A stretch of 64,000 nucleotides of DNA from an uncultured delta proteobacterium (GCA_963771175.1 CAVYSY010000046.1:32001-96000), one strand, 5' to 3'; counted from the stretch's first letter, positions 1-11,158 are shown. Made by a program: numbers and translations. Notes: a model not told the origin generated them from the letters alone.

Positions 1-342
1 GCCATCCTCATCGAGCACTTCGCGGGCGCCTTCCCGGCGTGGCTGGCCCCGGTGCAGGCCGTGCTCGTCACGGTGGCGGACCGTCAGACGGAGTACGCAC
101 TCAAGGTGCGCGACCAGCTCCGGGCCAAGGGCTACCGGGTGGACGTGGACGAGCGCGGCCTCACCCTCAACGCGAAGATCCGCGACGCCCAGCTGCAGAA
201 GATCCCCTTCACCCTCGTCATCGGCGACAACGAGGTGGATGGCGGGGCGGTGTCCCCCCGGCGCTACGGCGGCGAGGACCTCAAGAGCATGAAGCTCGAG
301 GCCTTCGAGGCCCTCCTGGCGAAGGAAGCCGCCTGGCCGTAG
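1..342 (+). CDS. thrS: Threonine--tRNA ligase, C-terminal part (5' truncated by window)
   Basis: Frame 1 from base 1 reads [20 protein letters not shown]...[23 protein letters not shown], the ThrRS anticodon-binding domain; directly upstream of infC. Confidence 0.95.
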   Translation, partial: AILIEHFAGAFPAWLAPVQAVLVTVADRQTEYALKVRDQLRAKGYRVDVDERGLTLNAKIRDAQLQKIPFTLVIGDNEVDGGAVSPRRYGGEDLKSMKLEAFEALLAKEAAWP

Positions 343-374
343 TCGCACTGGGAGTCACAGCCTGTTGACAGCCC

Positions 375-402
375 TTGACTCCCTCGGGCTGGCAAGTATC
401 TT
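375..402 (+). promoter_or_regulatory. Putative sigma70-type promoter of infC operon
   Basis: TTGACT (375-380), 16 nt spacer, TATCTT (397-402), about 50 nt upstream of the infC start. Confidence 0.4.
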
Positions 403-450
403 GCCCCCCTTCAGAGGGGGGTACTTACTCCCACCACTGGAGGACCGCAC

Positions 451-1167
<717 letters not shown>

Positions 1168-1224
1168 TTGGACGCGGCTGACGGCTTCAACTCCGTCAGC
1201 CCTTGGAAGTCGAGGATCGGCAAC

Positions 1225-1434
1225 ATGCCCAAGATGAAGACCCGTAGCGGCGCCAAGAAGCGCTTCCAGGTGAAGAAGTCCGGCCAGGTGAAGTTCGGCA
1301 AGGCCCACGGCAAGCACCTCTTCACCCACGGGAAGACCCCGAAGGCGAAGCGGACCCACCGTGGCACCGGTCACCTGAAGGACATGGACGCCAAGAAGGT
1401 TGTCAAGGAGCTGTTCCCCTTCGGGGCGAACTAG
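1225..1434 (+). CDS. rpmI: 50S ribosomal protein L35
   Basis: MPKMKTRSGAKKRF signature; lies between infC and rplT. Confidence 0.95.
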   Translation: MPKMKTRSGAKKRFQVKKSGQVKFGKAHGKHLFTHGKTPKAKRTHRGTGHLKDMDAKKVVKELFPFGAN

Positions 1435-1520
1435 TAGGACCGCAGTCCAGAGGGCCCTGTCGGTGAGACCATAGGCCCGCACCGGGGGTTCAAACACCTC
1501 GCAGCAGTCAGGAGTCAGCA

Positions 1521-1868
1521 ATGCGCGTCAAAAAGGGATTCAAGGCCCGTCGCCGTCGTAATAAGATTCTGAAGCTGGCCAAGGGCTACCGTGGCCGCCG
1601 CAAGAATTGCTACCGCCGGGCCAACCAGGCCGTCGAGCGCGCGCTCGACTACGCCAGCCGCGACCGCGCCGCGCGGAAGCGCAACTTCCGCTCGCTGTGG
1701 ATCGTCCGCATCAACGCGGCCGCCCGCACCGTGGGCCTGTCCTACTCCCGGCTGATCGCCGGCCTGGCCAACAAGAAGATCGCGCTGGACCGCAAGGTCC
1801 TGGCCGACCTGGCCGTGGCGGATCCCGCCGGTTTTGCCGCCGTCGCCAACATCGCGAAGGCGGCCTGA
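1521..1868 (+). CDS. rplT: 50S ribosomal protein L20
   Basis: MRVKKG...[11 protein letters not shown]...[16 protein letters not shown]...DRKVLADLA. Confidence 0.97.
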   Translation: MRVKKGFKARRRRNKILKLAKGYRGRRKNCYRRANQAVERALDYASRDRAARKRNFRSLWIVRINAAARTVGLSYSRLIAGLANKKIALDRKVLADLAVADPAGFAAVANIAKAA

Positions 1869-1956
1869 GAATGACGCCGGCCTTCACGGGCCGGCACCGA
1901 AAGCGCGCGGTCGCGGTCTCCTCCCGGAGGCCGCTGCCGCACGCGGGTTTGAAAAC

Positions 1957-1986
1957 GGGCTGCCCCTGAGGGCGGCCCTTTTTTTT
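1957..1986 (+). terminator. Intrinsic terminator between rplT and pheS
   Basis: GGGCTGCCC-CTGA-GGGCGGCCC stem followed by an 8-T run. Confidence 0.8.
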
Positions 1987-2021
1987 GGCCCCGGCATGGC
2001 CGGGGAGGGAGACGAAGTCCC

Positions 2022-3071
<1,050 letters not shown>

Positions 3072-3120
3072 GCGGCCGCGGTCGGACCTCGCAACTCATT
3101 TTTCGCAATCGGGTGGAACC

Positions 3121-5532
3121 GTGAAGATTTCGGTGAAGTGGCTCGGAGAGTACGTGGCGTTGCCGTCGTCCGTGGACGAGCTGGCGCGTCGGTTGACGGC
3201 GGTGGGCCTGGAGATCGAGGGCATGGAGCGCCCCGGCGAAGGCCTGCGCGGCGTGGTGGTGGCCCAGATCAAGGAGTCCGTCCAGCACCCCAATGCGGAC
3301 AAGCTGTCCGTCACGAAGATCGACATGGGCGGCAAGGATCCGCTCCAGGTGGTGTGCGGCGCCAAGAACTTCAAGGTCGGCGACAAGGTGCCGCTGGCCA
3401 CCATCGGCACGAAGTTGCCCAATGGCGTGGAGATCAAGCAGGCCCCCCTGCGCGGCGTGGACAGCTTCGGCATGCTCTGCTCCGCCAAGGAGCTGGGCAT
3501 CTCGGAGGAGTCCTCCGGCCTGCTCATCCTCTCGCCGGACGCGAAGGTGGGCATGCCCATCGCCGAGGCGCTCGGGCTGGATGACACCGTGCTGGAGGTG
3601 AACGTCACCCCCAACCGGCCGGATGCCCTGTCGCACCTGGGCGTGGCTCGCGAGGTGGCGGTGGCCACCGGCGGCGCCCTGCGCCCGCCCCAGCCCAAGC
3701 CCTCGGAGTCCGGCGCTCCCGCCTCCGAGAAGGTGAAGGTTCGGATCGAGGACCCGGTGCGCTGCCCGCGCTACGCGGCCCGCGTCATCGAGAACGTGAA
3801 GATCGGTCCTTCCCCCCAGTGGCTGCAGGACCGGCTCAAGGCCTGCGGGGTGCGCCCGATCAGCAACGTGGTGGACGTCACCAATTTCGTCCTCCTCGAG
3901 TACGGCCAGCCCTTGCACGCCTTCGACCTGGAGAAGGTCGCCGGCCAGGAGATCATCGTCCGCACCGCGAAGCCGGGCGAGAAGATGACCACGCTCGACG
4001 GCAAGGAGCGGGCGCTGGAGCCCGAGGACCTGCTCATCTGCGACCGCGACCGGGCCCAGGCCCTGGCCGGCGTGATGGGCGGCTCGGACAGCGAGGTGAG
4101 CGCGAGCACCACGCGCGTGCTGCTCGAGTCCGCCAACTTCCAGCCCTCCAGCATCCGCCGCACCTCCAAGCGCCACGGCCTGCACACCGAGGCCTCGCAC
4201 CGCTTCGAGCGCGGCGTGGACATCGACGCCGTCATCCCCGCCGTCGACCGGGCCGCGGCCCTCATCGCCGAGCTGTCCGGCGGCACGGTGGCCCCGGGCC
4301 GGGTGGACGTGTACCCGCAGCCCCAGCCGCCGCGCCGGGTGACGCTGCGCTACGCCCGGGTGGAGAAGGTGCTGGGCGTGGTCATCCCCGAGGCCGACTG
4401 CCGGCGCATCCTCGGCACCCTCGGCTTCCAGGCGGTGGAAGAGGGAAGTGGGCAGACCACCTTCGAGGTGCCCCGCGCCCGCGTGGACGTGGAGCGCGAG
4501 GAGGACCTCATGGAGGAGCTCGCCCGCGTCCACGGCTACGACAACATCCCCGCCCGGCTGCCGCGCGGCATCGCCGAGCTGGCACCCGAGCCCGCCATCT
4601 CCGAGGCCGAGCGCCGCGCCCGTCAGGCCCTGGCCGGCGTGGGGCTGAGCGAGGTGGTGAACTACTCGTTCGTCGCGCCGCGCTCCCTGGAGGTCCTCGG
4701 TGGGAAGGAGAAGCCGGTGGCGCTCCTCAACCCGCTGAGCGTGGAGCAGTCGGTGATGCGCACCAGCCTGTTGCCGGGCCTGCTGGAGAACCTCTCCCGC
4801 AGCGTGCGGCACCAGGTGGAGTCGGTCGCCCTGTACGAGATGGGTCGCGCCTACTTCCAGGAGCCCGAGGGCGGTCAGGGCCAGCGCCCGGCCGCTCGCG
4901 AGGTGCACCGGATCGCCGGCCTCGTGTACGGCCAGCGCGGTGGGCGCACCTGGACGCAGAAGGACGCGCGCGCGGACTTCTATGACGCCAAGGGCGCCCT
5001 GGAGTCCGTGCTGCACGCACTCCACGTGGAGGGCGTCCGCTTCGTCTCCGCCGAGGCCCCGGCCTTCCACCCCCGCGCCTGCGCCCGGCTGGAGCTGGCC
5101 GACGGCACCGTGCTGGGCCATGTGGGAGAGCTGCACCCCCGGGTCACCAAGGCCCTGGAGCTGCCTCGGGACGTCTTCGCCTTCGAGGTGGACACGTCGC
5201 CCCTGTACTCGGCCGCCCGGCTGGTCCCCTCATACCAGGGCCTGCCCCGCTTCCCCGCCGTGCTGCGCGACCTGGCCGTGGTGGTGCCCCTGGAACTCCA
5301 GAACGACGAGGTGCGCCGCGTCATCCTCGAGGTCGGTGCTCCCCTGGTGGAGGACGCCCTCATCTTCGACGTCTACACCGGCAAGCCCATCCCCGAGGGG
5401 CGGAAGAATCTGGCCTACGCCATCCGCTACCGCTCGCCCGAGCGCACCCTCACCGACGCCGAGGTGAGCGCCGCCCACCAGCGCATCATCTCAGAGGTCA
5501 ACCAGCGCTTGGGCGGCGCCCTGCGGACCTGA
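3121..5532 (+). CDS. pheT: Phenylalanine--tRNA ligase beta subunit
   Basis: HPNADKL, VTPNRPDALS, GQPLHAFD, RFERGVD, C-terminal FDX-ACB domain. Confidence 0.97.
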   Translation: MKISVKWLGEYVALPSSVDELARRLTAVGLEIEGMERPGEGLRGVVVAQIKESVQHPNADKLSVTKIDMGGKDPLQVVCGAKNFKVGDKVPLATIGTKLPNGVEIKQAPLRGVDSFGMLCSAKELGISEESSGLLILSPDAKVGMPIAEALGLDDTVLEVNVTPNRPDALSHLGVAREVAVATGGALRPPQPKPSESGAPASEKVKVRIEDPVRCPRYAARVIENVKIGPSPQWLQDRLKACGVRPISNVVDVTNFVLLEYGQPLHAFDLEKVAGQEIIVRTAKPGEKMTTLDGKERALEPEDLLICDRDRAQALAGVMGGSDSEVSASTTRVLLESANFQPSSIRRTSKRHGLHTEASHRFERGVDIDAVIPAVDRAAALIAELSGGTVAPGRVDVYPQPQPPRRVTLRYARVEKVLGVVIPEADCRRILGTLGFQAVEEGSGQTTFEVPRARVDVEREEDLMEELARVHGYDNIPARLPRGIAELAPEPAISEAERRARQALAGVGLSEVVNYSFVAPRSLEVLGGKEKPVALLNPLSVEQSVMRTSLLPGLLENLSRSVRHQVESVALYEMGRAYFQEPEGGQGQRPAAREVHRIAGLVYGQRGGRTWTQKDARADFYDAKGALESVLHALHVEGVRFVSAEAPAFHPRACARLELADGTVLGHVGELHPRVTKALELPRDVFAFEVDTSPLYSAARLVPSYQGLPRFPAVLRDLAVVVPLELQNDEVRRVILEVGAPLVEDALIFDVYTGKPIPEGRKNLAYAIRYRSPERTLTDAEVSAAHQRIISEVNQRLGGALRT

Positions 5533-5642
5533 GCCGCGGGGCCCGCGGGAAAACCTGAGTGAAACCGGTGGGTTGACAGCTGTCGGGGAAGGCTGTCACA
5601 GTCCGCCGGGTTCACCGCAGAGAGGGGCGCGAAGGTACTCGC

Positions 5643-6087
5643 ATGACCAAGGCGGATATCATCGAAGGCGTCTACGAGAAAGGTCGGCTTCTCCAAGAAG
5701 GAGTCGGCCGAGATCGTCGAGCTCGTCTTCGACACCTTCAAGGAGACGCTCGAACGCGGGGACAAGATCAAGATCTCGGGTTTCGGGAATTTCCAGGTGC
5801 GTCAGAAGAAGGCGCGCGTGGGCCGCAACCCCCAGACGGGGAGGGAGATCGAGATCTCGGCTCGCCGGGTGCTGACCTTCCGGCCGAGTGCGGTGCTGAA
5901 GGCCGCCCTCAACGGCGAGCAGATTCCGGAGAACCACGCCGCCCTGGATGCCGCGGAGGACGCCGCCGCCGACGCCGCCGAGGCCGCGGGGCTGGATCCC
6001 GAGGATCTCGACGAGGGGATGGAGGATCTCGAGGAGGTCGAGCCTCTCAAGGCCTCCGCGAGCGGAATGAAGGCCAAGGCCGAATGA
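5643..6087 (+). CDS. ihfA: Integration host factor alpha subunit with acidic C-terminal tail; +1 frameshift near 5680
   Basis: [13 protein letters not shown] / [53 protein letters not shown]; removing one base from GAGAAAGGTC restores the frame; conserved position after pheT. Confidence 0.9.
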
Positions 6088-6115
6088 GTTTTTGAAGGGC
6101 TGCCCGATCTCTTTC

Positions 6116-6144
6116 TTGACCCGAGAAACGGGCAGAGGCATAAG
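6116..6144 (+). promoter_or_regulatory. Putative sigma70-type promoter of the tRNA pair
   Basis: TTGACC (6116-6121), 17 nt spacer, CATAAG (6139-6144), 35 nt before tRNA-Pro. Confidence 0.45.
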
Positions 6145-6177
6145 GCAGCCACCTCGCCGACGCCGGCGGGACACACA

Positions 6178-6255
<78 letters not shown>

Positions 6256-6258
6256 ATA

Positions 6259-6301
6259 GAAGACCCTGGAGTTTTGCCTCGCGGTGGGCTCCAGGGTCTT
6301 C
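6259..6301 (+). terminator. Stem-loop after tRNA-Pro
   Basis: GAAGACCCTGGAG ... CTCCAGGGTCTTC inverted repeat. Confidence 0.55.
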
Positions 6302-6327
6302 GCCTTCTCCCTCGGGAGAGGTGCTGT

Positions 6328-6404
<77 letters not shown>

Positions 6405-6407
6405 ATA

Positions 6408-6448
6408 GAAGGGCCCGGAATCGCAAGGTTCCGGGCCCTTCGTCTTTT
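6408..6448 (+). terminator. Intrinsic terminator after tRNA-Asp
   Basis: GAAGGGCCCGGAA-TCGCAAGG-TTCCGGGCCCTTC followed by GTCTTTT. Confidence 0.7.
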
Positions 6449-6556
6449 CCGCCCCTCCACCCCCCTGGGGGGTACACCGAAAAGCCGGCGAGTGACGTAG
6501 ACTCCGCGTGCGCTGCCGTGGGGCCTCCGCTCCCCCGGCCGAGGAGACACGTGACG

Positions 6557-8028
6557 ATGTTTTCGAGATGGACCGTGGGGCGGCAGTTCCTGCTGGGCTT
6601 GTTCCTGATGTGTTCGTTGATCGGGGCATTCATCCTCCTGAACCGTATGGGCACCTATGGTTTGACGGGCGCCTCCAACCTCGTGCTGCGGAGCCAGAAG
6701 ACGCTCCTCCAGATCGAGCGGATCCTCTTCCCACATCAAGGATGCGGAGATGGGGCAGCGCGACTACCTCCTCACCGGCAACGAGGCCTCCCTCGCGCCC
6801 TACCGCCAGGCCCTGGACGGCGTGCCCAAGGAACTCGAAGCTCCTGCGCGAGTCCCTCTCCGACAACCCCGAGCAGCTACGGCGTCTGGAGGCGCTGAAG
6901 GCTCTCGTCGAGCAGCTGCTGGCCAGCCTGAGCGCCAACGTGGAGCTTCGCCGCGACCAGGGCTTCGAGGCCGCCCTGGCCCGCGTCAACACGGGTGAGG
7001 GCTCGCGGCAGACGGACAGCGTCTACGCGGCGATTGCGGACCTGCGCCAGCAGGAGGAGCAACGGCTCGCGGAGCGCGATGGGCAGGAGGAGAAGGAGAT
7101 GCGCTCCCTGGATCGGTTCTACGTCATCGATGGCGCCGCGCTCCTGTTCTTCTGTGGGCTGATCGCCCTGCTCATCGGCAGGAACCTGGAGCGGAGGCTC
7201 CAGACCGCCATCGCGCAGGTGCAGGGCTCGTCGGCCGAACTCCATACGGCGGCCTCGCAGCAGAGCACCGGCGCGCGGGAGCAGGCCTCGGCCACCACGG
7301 AGATCTCCACCACCGTCAAGGAGCTGCTGTCCACGTCGCGGCAGATCGCCGGCAGCGCGCAGCAGGTGGCGCGCGTGGCGGACGAGACGGCCGGCGCCGC
7401 CCGCACCGGCAACGAGACGGTGCAGCACGCCCAGGAGGCCATCGACGCGGTGCGCCGCCAGGTGGACGCCATCGTCAATCACATGCTGGAGCTGGGCAAG
7501 CGCTCCCAGGAGATCGGCGGCATCCTGGACATCATCAACGAGCTGGCCGAGCAGACGAACATCCTCGCCATCAACGCCACCATCGAGAGCGCCGGGGCGG
7601 GGGAGCACGGCAAGCGCTTCGCCGTGGTGGCCGAGGAGATCCGCAAGCTGGCGGACCGCGTGGGCAGCTCCACCAAGGACATCCGCGTGCTCATCGACGA
7701 GATCCGCGCCGCCTCCAACACCACCATCATGGCCACCGAGGACGGCTCCAAGGCGGTGCAGAGCAGCGCGAAGCAGTTCTCCGACGTGGCCGGCAGCTTC
7801 CGGCGCATCGCCGAGCTGGTGCGCGCCAACCTGGACGTGGCGCGGGAGATCGAGCTGAGCACCCAGCAGCAGACGACGGCGGTGGAGCAGGTCAACACCG
7901 CCATCCTCGAGGTGGCGCAGACGGCCCGTCAGGCCGAGTCCACCTCCTCGCAGACGCTGCAGACGGCCAACCAGCTCTCCCAGCTCTCCAAGCAGCTCAA
8001 CGCCATCCTCGACTCGAAGGCCGCCTGA
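6557..8028 (+). CDS. CHASE3-domain methyl-accepting chemotaxis protein; two +1 frameshifts (near 6730 and 6839)
   Basis: TM1 ([21 protein letters not shown]), CHASE3 motif [21 protein letters not shown]...SDNPEQ spread over three frames, TM2, MCP hairpin [34 protein letters not shown]. Confidence 0.88.
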
Positions 8029-8029
8029 G

Positions 8030-8638
8030 CCTGTCGACCAGGACGTCCAAGGCCTCTACGATGACCTTGGCCAGAAGTACGACACGTGGACCCTTCTGCC
8101 GGACCGCCTCTTTCTCGACGGGTGGCGACGCGAGCTGCTCTCGAACGCACGCGGTGACGTGCTCGAGGTGGCCGTTGGGACGGGGAAGAACCTCCAGTTC
8201 TACCCCGAGGGTTGCCGGGTGACGGGCGTGGACTTCTCGCGGTCGATGCTCGACGAGGCCTCGCGCCGCGCCCGCGCCTTGGGGCGTGTGTTCGAGCCGC
8301 GGGAGGGCGACGTCACCGCGTTGCCGTTCGCCGATGCGAGCTTCGATACGGTGGTCTGCACGCTCGGGGCCTGCACGTTTGATGATCCGCTCGCCGCGTT
8401 TCGCGAGATGCGCCGGGTGTGCCGCACCGATGGGTCGGTGCTGTTGCTGGAGCACGTGCTCCCACGGGACCGGCCCCTGGCGTGGCTCGCGAAGGCCATC
8501 ACCCCCTTCGCGCGCAGGGCGGTGGGCTGCAATCCCAACCGCGACACGCTGGCGCTCGTGCGCGAGGCGGGGCTGCACGTCGTCTCGGTGCGCGGGCGAG
8601 CGCGGGACATCGTGCTTTCGGTGGTCGCGCGCCCCTGA
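8030..8638 (+). CDS. Class I SAM-dependent methyltransferase (start codon not evident)
   Basis: VLEVAVGTG motif I, VTGVDFSRSML, LPFADASFDTVV, LLLEHV; the frame is open and plausible (GLYDDLGQKYD...WRRELL) upstream of the GTG at 8159. Confidence 0.8.
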   Translation, partial: PVDQDVQGLYDDLGQKYDTWTLLPDRLFLDGWRRELLSNARGDVLEVAVGTGKNLQFYPEGCRVTGVDFSRSMLDEASRRARALGRVFEPREGDVTALPFADASFDTVVCTLGACTFDDPLAAFREMRRVCRTDGSVLLLEHVLPRDRPLAWLAKAITPFARRAVGCNPNRDTLALVREAGLHVVSVRGRARDIVLSVVARP

Positions 8639-8681
8639 CGCGTACCCGGCCCCGCTCCTGGTGGGGCCGGTGGGGTGTCCC

Positions 8682-9281
8682 TCACACCGGCCCGCGTGCC
8701 CCTCGCCGTGACAGCCACTGGGCGAACTGCGCGTATACCGAGTGGGCCTGCCACCGGGCGAACTGCGCGTTGCGCTCGGCCGGTGACAGCGCGGAGAGGG
8801 GCTTCGAGGCTCCCTCCGGAATGAAGACGTTCCACGTCGTCGACCAGGCCTCGGCGCAGCGGGTGCCGTCCACCTCCAGGGCCAGGGTCCCCACGCCCTG
8901 CTTGTCGACGAAGGTGTGGGTCACCCCGTCCTCGTCCACGTAGACCAGGGCGCCGACGAAGCGGCAGGTCCGGGACGGCAGCCCGTTGGCGAGCCTCAAC
9001 AGGCCGGCCACCCCGATCGTCTCGAGCATGAATTTCGTCACCGGTCCTGGGAAGCCCGCAAGCCCGTCCACGCACAGGCCGCTGTCCTCCACCACCAGCG
9101 GCTCCTCGATCATCGAGAACGCCTGCCGGGCCTTGTCCAGTGCCACGGCCTCCAGCGTGCTCCCCTGGGGCTCGATGATCGGGAGCTCGATGCGCTGCAA
9201 CTCGGCGCCCACCGCCGCGAGGCACTCCGCGAGGACCTTCGCCTTCCCGCGGTTGGTGCTCACGAACTTGATGCTCTCCAC
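8682..9281 (-). CDS. Ham1/ITPase-family nucleoside triphosphate pyrophosphatase, divergent
   Basis: FVSTNRGK, EPQGSTLEAVALDKA, VVEDSGLCVDGLAGFPGP motifs; GAGGAG SD before GTG 9281 (alternative ATG 9320); lacks FGYDP and SHR motifs. Confidence 0.85.
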   Translation of the reverse strand: MESIKFVSTNRGKAKVLAECLAAVGAELQRIELPIIEPQGSTLEAVALDKARQAFSMIEEPLVVEDSGLCVDGLAGFPGPVTKFMLETIGVAGLLRLANGLPSRTCRFVGALVYVDEDGVTHTFVDKQGVGTLALEVDGTRCAEAWSTTWNVFIPEGASKPLSALSPAERNAQFARWQAHSVYAQFAQWLSRRGARGPV

Positions 9282-9324
9282 GGAACGCTCTCCTCGTGTC
9301 GCGTCGGGATTCAGAAGCATGTCA

Positions 9325-10437
9325 TCAGGCCGCTACCAGGGACACGCCATCGAGCGCGCGCAGGAGCTGCTCCTCGGTGACGAGATCCACGCCCTTGCAG
9401 CGCCGCAGCCGGTCCACCCAGGTGCTGGTCAGCTCCTGGATGACCGGGCGGTACTCGGGCGGGGTGGAGGCGACACAGGTGCGGTAGTCCGAGATGACGT
9501 GGGCGGCGGTGCCGTGGATGCCCACCTCGTGGATGGCCTTGCGGATGGGGCGGGCCAGCTTCTCCAGCAGGGCGTGCGAGTGCGTCGGCTCCCGGTACAC
9601 CTCCGCCACGGAGGCGCAGGCCGTGGACCGGCAGATCTCCCACAGGGCCGCCAGGTCCGCGCGCAGGTCCGGGTATTTCTCGAGCGCCAGCAGCAACGGC
9701 CTCGTCACGGCCCCCATCAGCAGATCGTCATTCTCGCCCTCGGTCCAGCGGTTCTCGACGATGTTCACGATGTCGTCCACGTCCTGGAAGATGCGCCCGA
9801 AGGACTCCGCCACGCTGAGGGGGAGGGGGTCGCTCCCGTTGAGCAGCAGCGCCGTGTCCAGCCCGAAGGCGACTCCGGCCGTGTTCTCGCTGTAGCGGTT
9901 CTCCAGCCACTGATCGAACAGGTTCTCGGTGGGATAGATGTTGTTCCGCTCCCAGAGCTGGAGGGAGTACAGCTCGACGAAGAGGTTCGTCGTGGCATCG
10001 AGCAGGCGCGGGTCGATGCGCGCCGCCTCCCGGGTGGCGATCGCGACCAGGGTGCTCACGAAGGGAGCCGTGCTGGCCTCGCCGAAGTTGATGGGGAAGG
10101 TGGGCCGTCCCGAGCGCATGGGCGTGCGATCCACCGTGTCATCCACGATGGCGCAGGCCTCCATGCTGAGCATCATCACGGGCAGGAATTTCCGGTGCGA
10201 GGCATGGATGCCTCCCGAGGCCTCGCCCAGGACCAGGAACATGAGCGGCAGCAGCATGAACGACGGTTGCGGGTTGTCGCGCACCACCGTGTCGTAGAAG
10301 GGCCGCAGCTTCTCGGGCAGGGGGAGGGTGTCGAGCACCCGTCGGGCCTCCTCGACGAGTGGCGCGAAGACCTCTCGCCGGCGGGCGAAGACCCCTTGGA
10401 AGTACCGGGGATAGCGCAGGGGGACCAGTTCCTTCAT
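9325..10437 (-). CDS. Trans-isoprenyl diphosphate synthase / class I terpene synthase-fold protein, divergent
   Basis: FARM IVDDTVDRTPMRSGRPT...FG, SARM-like FGRIFQDVDDIVN, GENDDLLMGAVTRP; ATG 10437 lies 4 nt after the LOG stop. Confidence 0.8.
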   Translation of the reverse strand: MKELVPLRYPRYFQGVFARRREVFAPLVEEARRVLDTLPLPEKLRPFYDTVVRDNPQPSFMLLPLMFLVLGEASGGIHASHRKFLPVMMLSMEACAIVDDTVDRTPMRSGRPTFPINFGEASTAPFVSTLVAIATREAARIDPRLLDATTNLFVELYSLQLWERNNIYPTENLFDQWLENRYSENTAGVAFGLDTALLLNGSDPLPLSVAESFGRIFQDVDDIVNIVENRWTEGENDDLLMGAVTRPLLLALEKYPDLRADLAALWEICRSTACASVAEVYREPTHSHALLEKLARPIRKAIHEVGIHGTAAHVISDYRTCVASTPPEYRPVIQELTSTWVDRLRRCKGVDLVTEEQLLRALDGVSLVAA

Positions 10438-10441
10438 GTCG

Positions 10442-11008
10442 TCACCCCGCCACCGTCCGCGCCGCCGGCTGGACACCGAGCGCGGGAAGGAGCTCCTGCA
10501 CCTGGGACACCACGGTGAACAGCGCCTCGGCCCGCGCGTACGCGAAGCCGTGTCGCACCACCGAGTCGGCGAGCGCGACGAGCGGCTGGAAGAAGCCCCG
10601 CGTGTCGAGCAGCACGATGGGCTTGTCGAACATGCGCATCTGCTTCCAACTGATGACCTCCAGGGTCTCCTCCAGCGTCCCGAAGCCGCCCGGCAGGACG
10701 ACGAAGGCATCGGCCAGCTCCGCCATCCGCCGCTTGCGCTCGTGCAGATCGGCGGTCCAGATGAGCTCGCTCAGCCCACGGTGCGCGACCTCGTACCGTT
10801 CCAGATCCCGGGGCATGACACCCACCACTCGACCCCCCCGGGCGAGCGCGGCATCCGCGATGGCGCCCATCAGTCCTGCTCGGGCACCTCCGTACACGAG
10901 CTGGATTCCCTGGTCTGCCAGGGCCGTGCCCAGGGCTGAGGCGGCGCTCATATGCTCTTCGTACACACCCGGTGAGGATCCACAGAAAACACAAACGGAT
11001 TTCGTCAT
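10442..11008 (-). CDS. LOG family nucleotide 5'-monophosphate phosphoribohydrolase (TIGR00730-like)
   Basis: SVCVFCGSS, LVYGG..GLMG, HERKRRM, LPGGFGTLEE (PGGxGTxxE signature), KPIVLL. Confidence 0.92.
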   Translation of the reverse strand: MTKSVCVFCGSSPGVYEEHMSAASALGTALADQGIQLVYGGARAGLMGAIADAALARGGRVVGVMPRDLERYEVAHRGLSELIWTADLHERKRRMAELADAFVVLPGGFGTLEETLEVISWKQMRMFDKPIVLLDTRGFFQPLVALADSVVRHGFAYARAEALFTVVSQVQELLPALGVQPAARTVAG

Positions 11009-11158
11009 GAGTGGGGGATGGGGGGCGAGGGGGGGGCTCGACTCTTTGACGCCCCATTGTCTACCCGAATGACTCCGATTCACAACGAGCGACCAGTCAG
11101 GCTGCTGACGCAGTGGGTCGGGTTGTCCATCCGAGGTCTATACTCCGCGCCCTGAATG

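Noticed and set aside
1871..1969. pheM-like attenuator leader peptide before pheS
   Set aside because: The ORF has a single Phe codon; the hairpin is adequately explained as the rplT terminator
5670..5690. Programmed ribosomal frameshift in ihfA
   Set aside because: No canonical slippery heptamer; same single-insertion pattern as five other sites, favouring sequencing error
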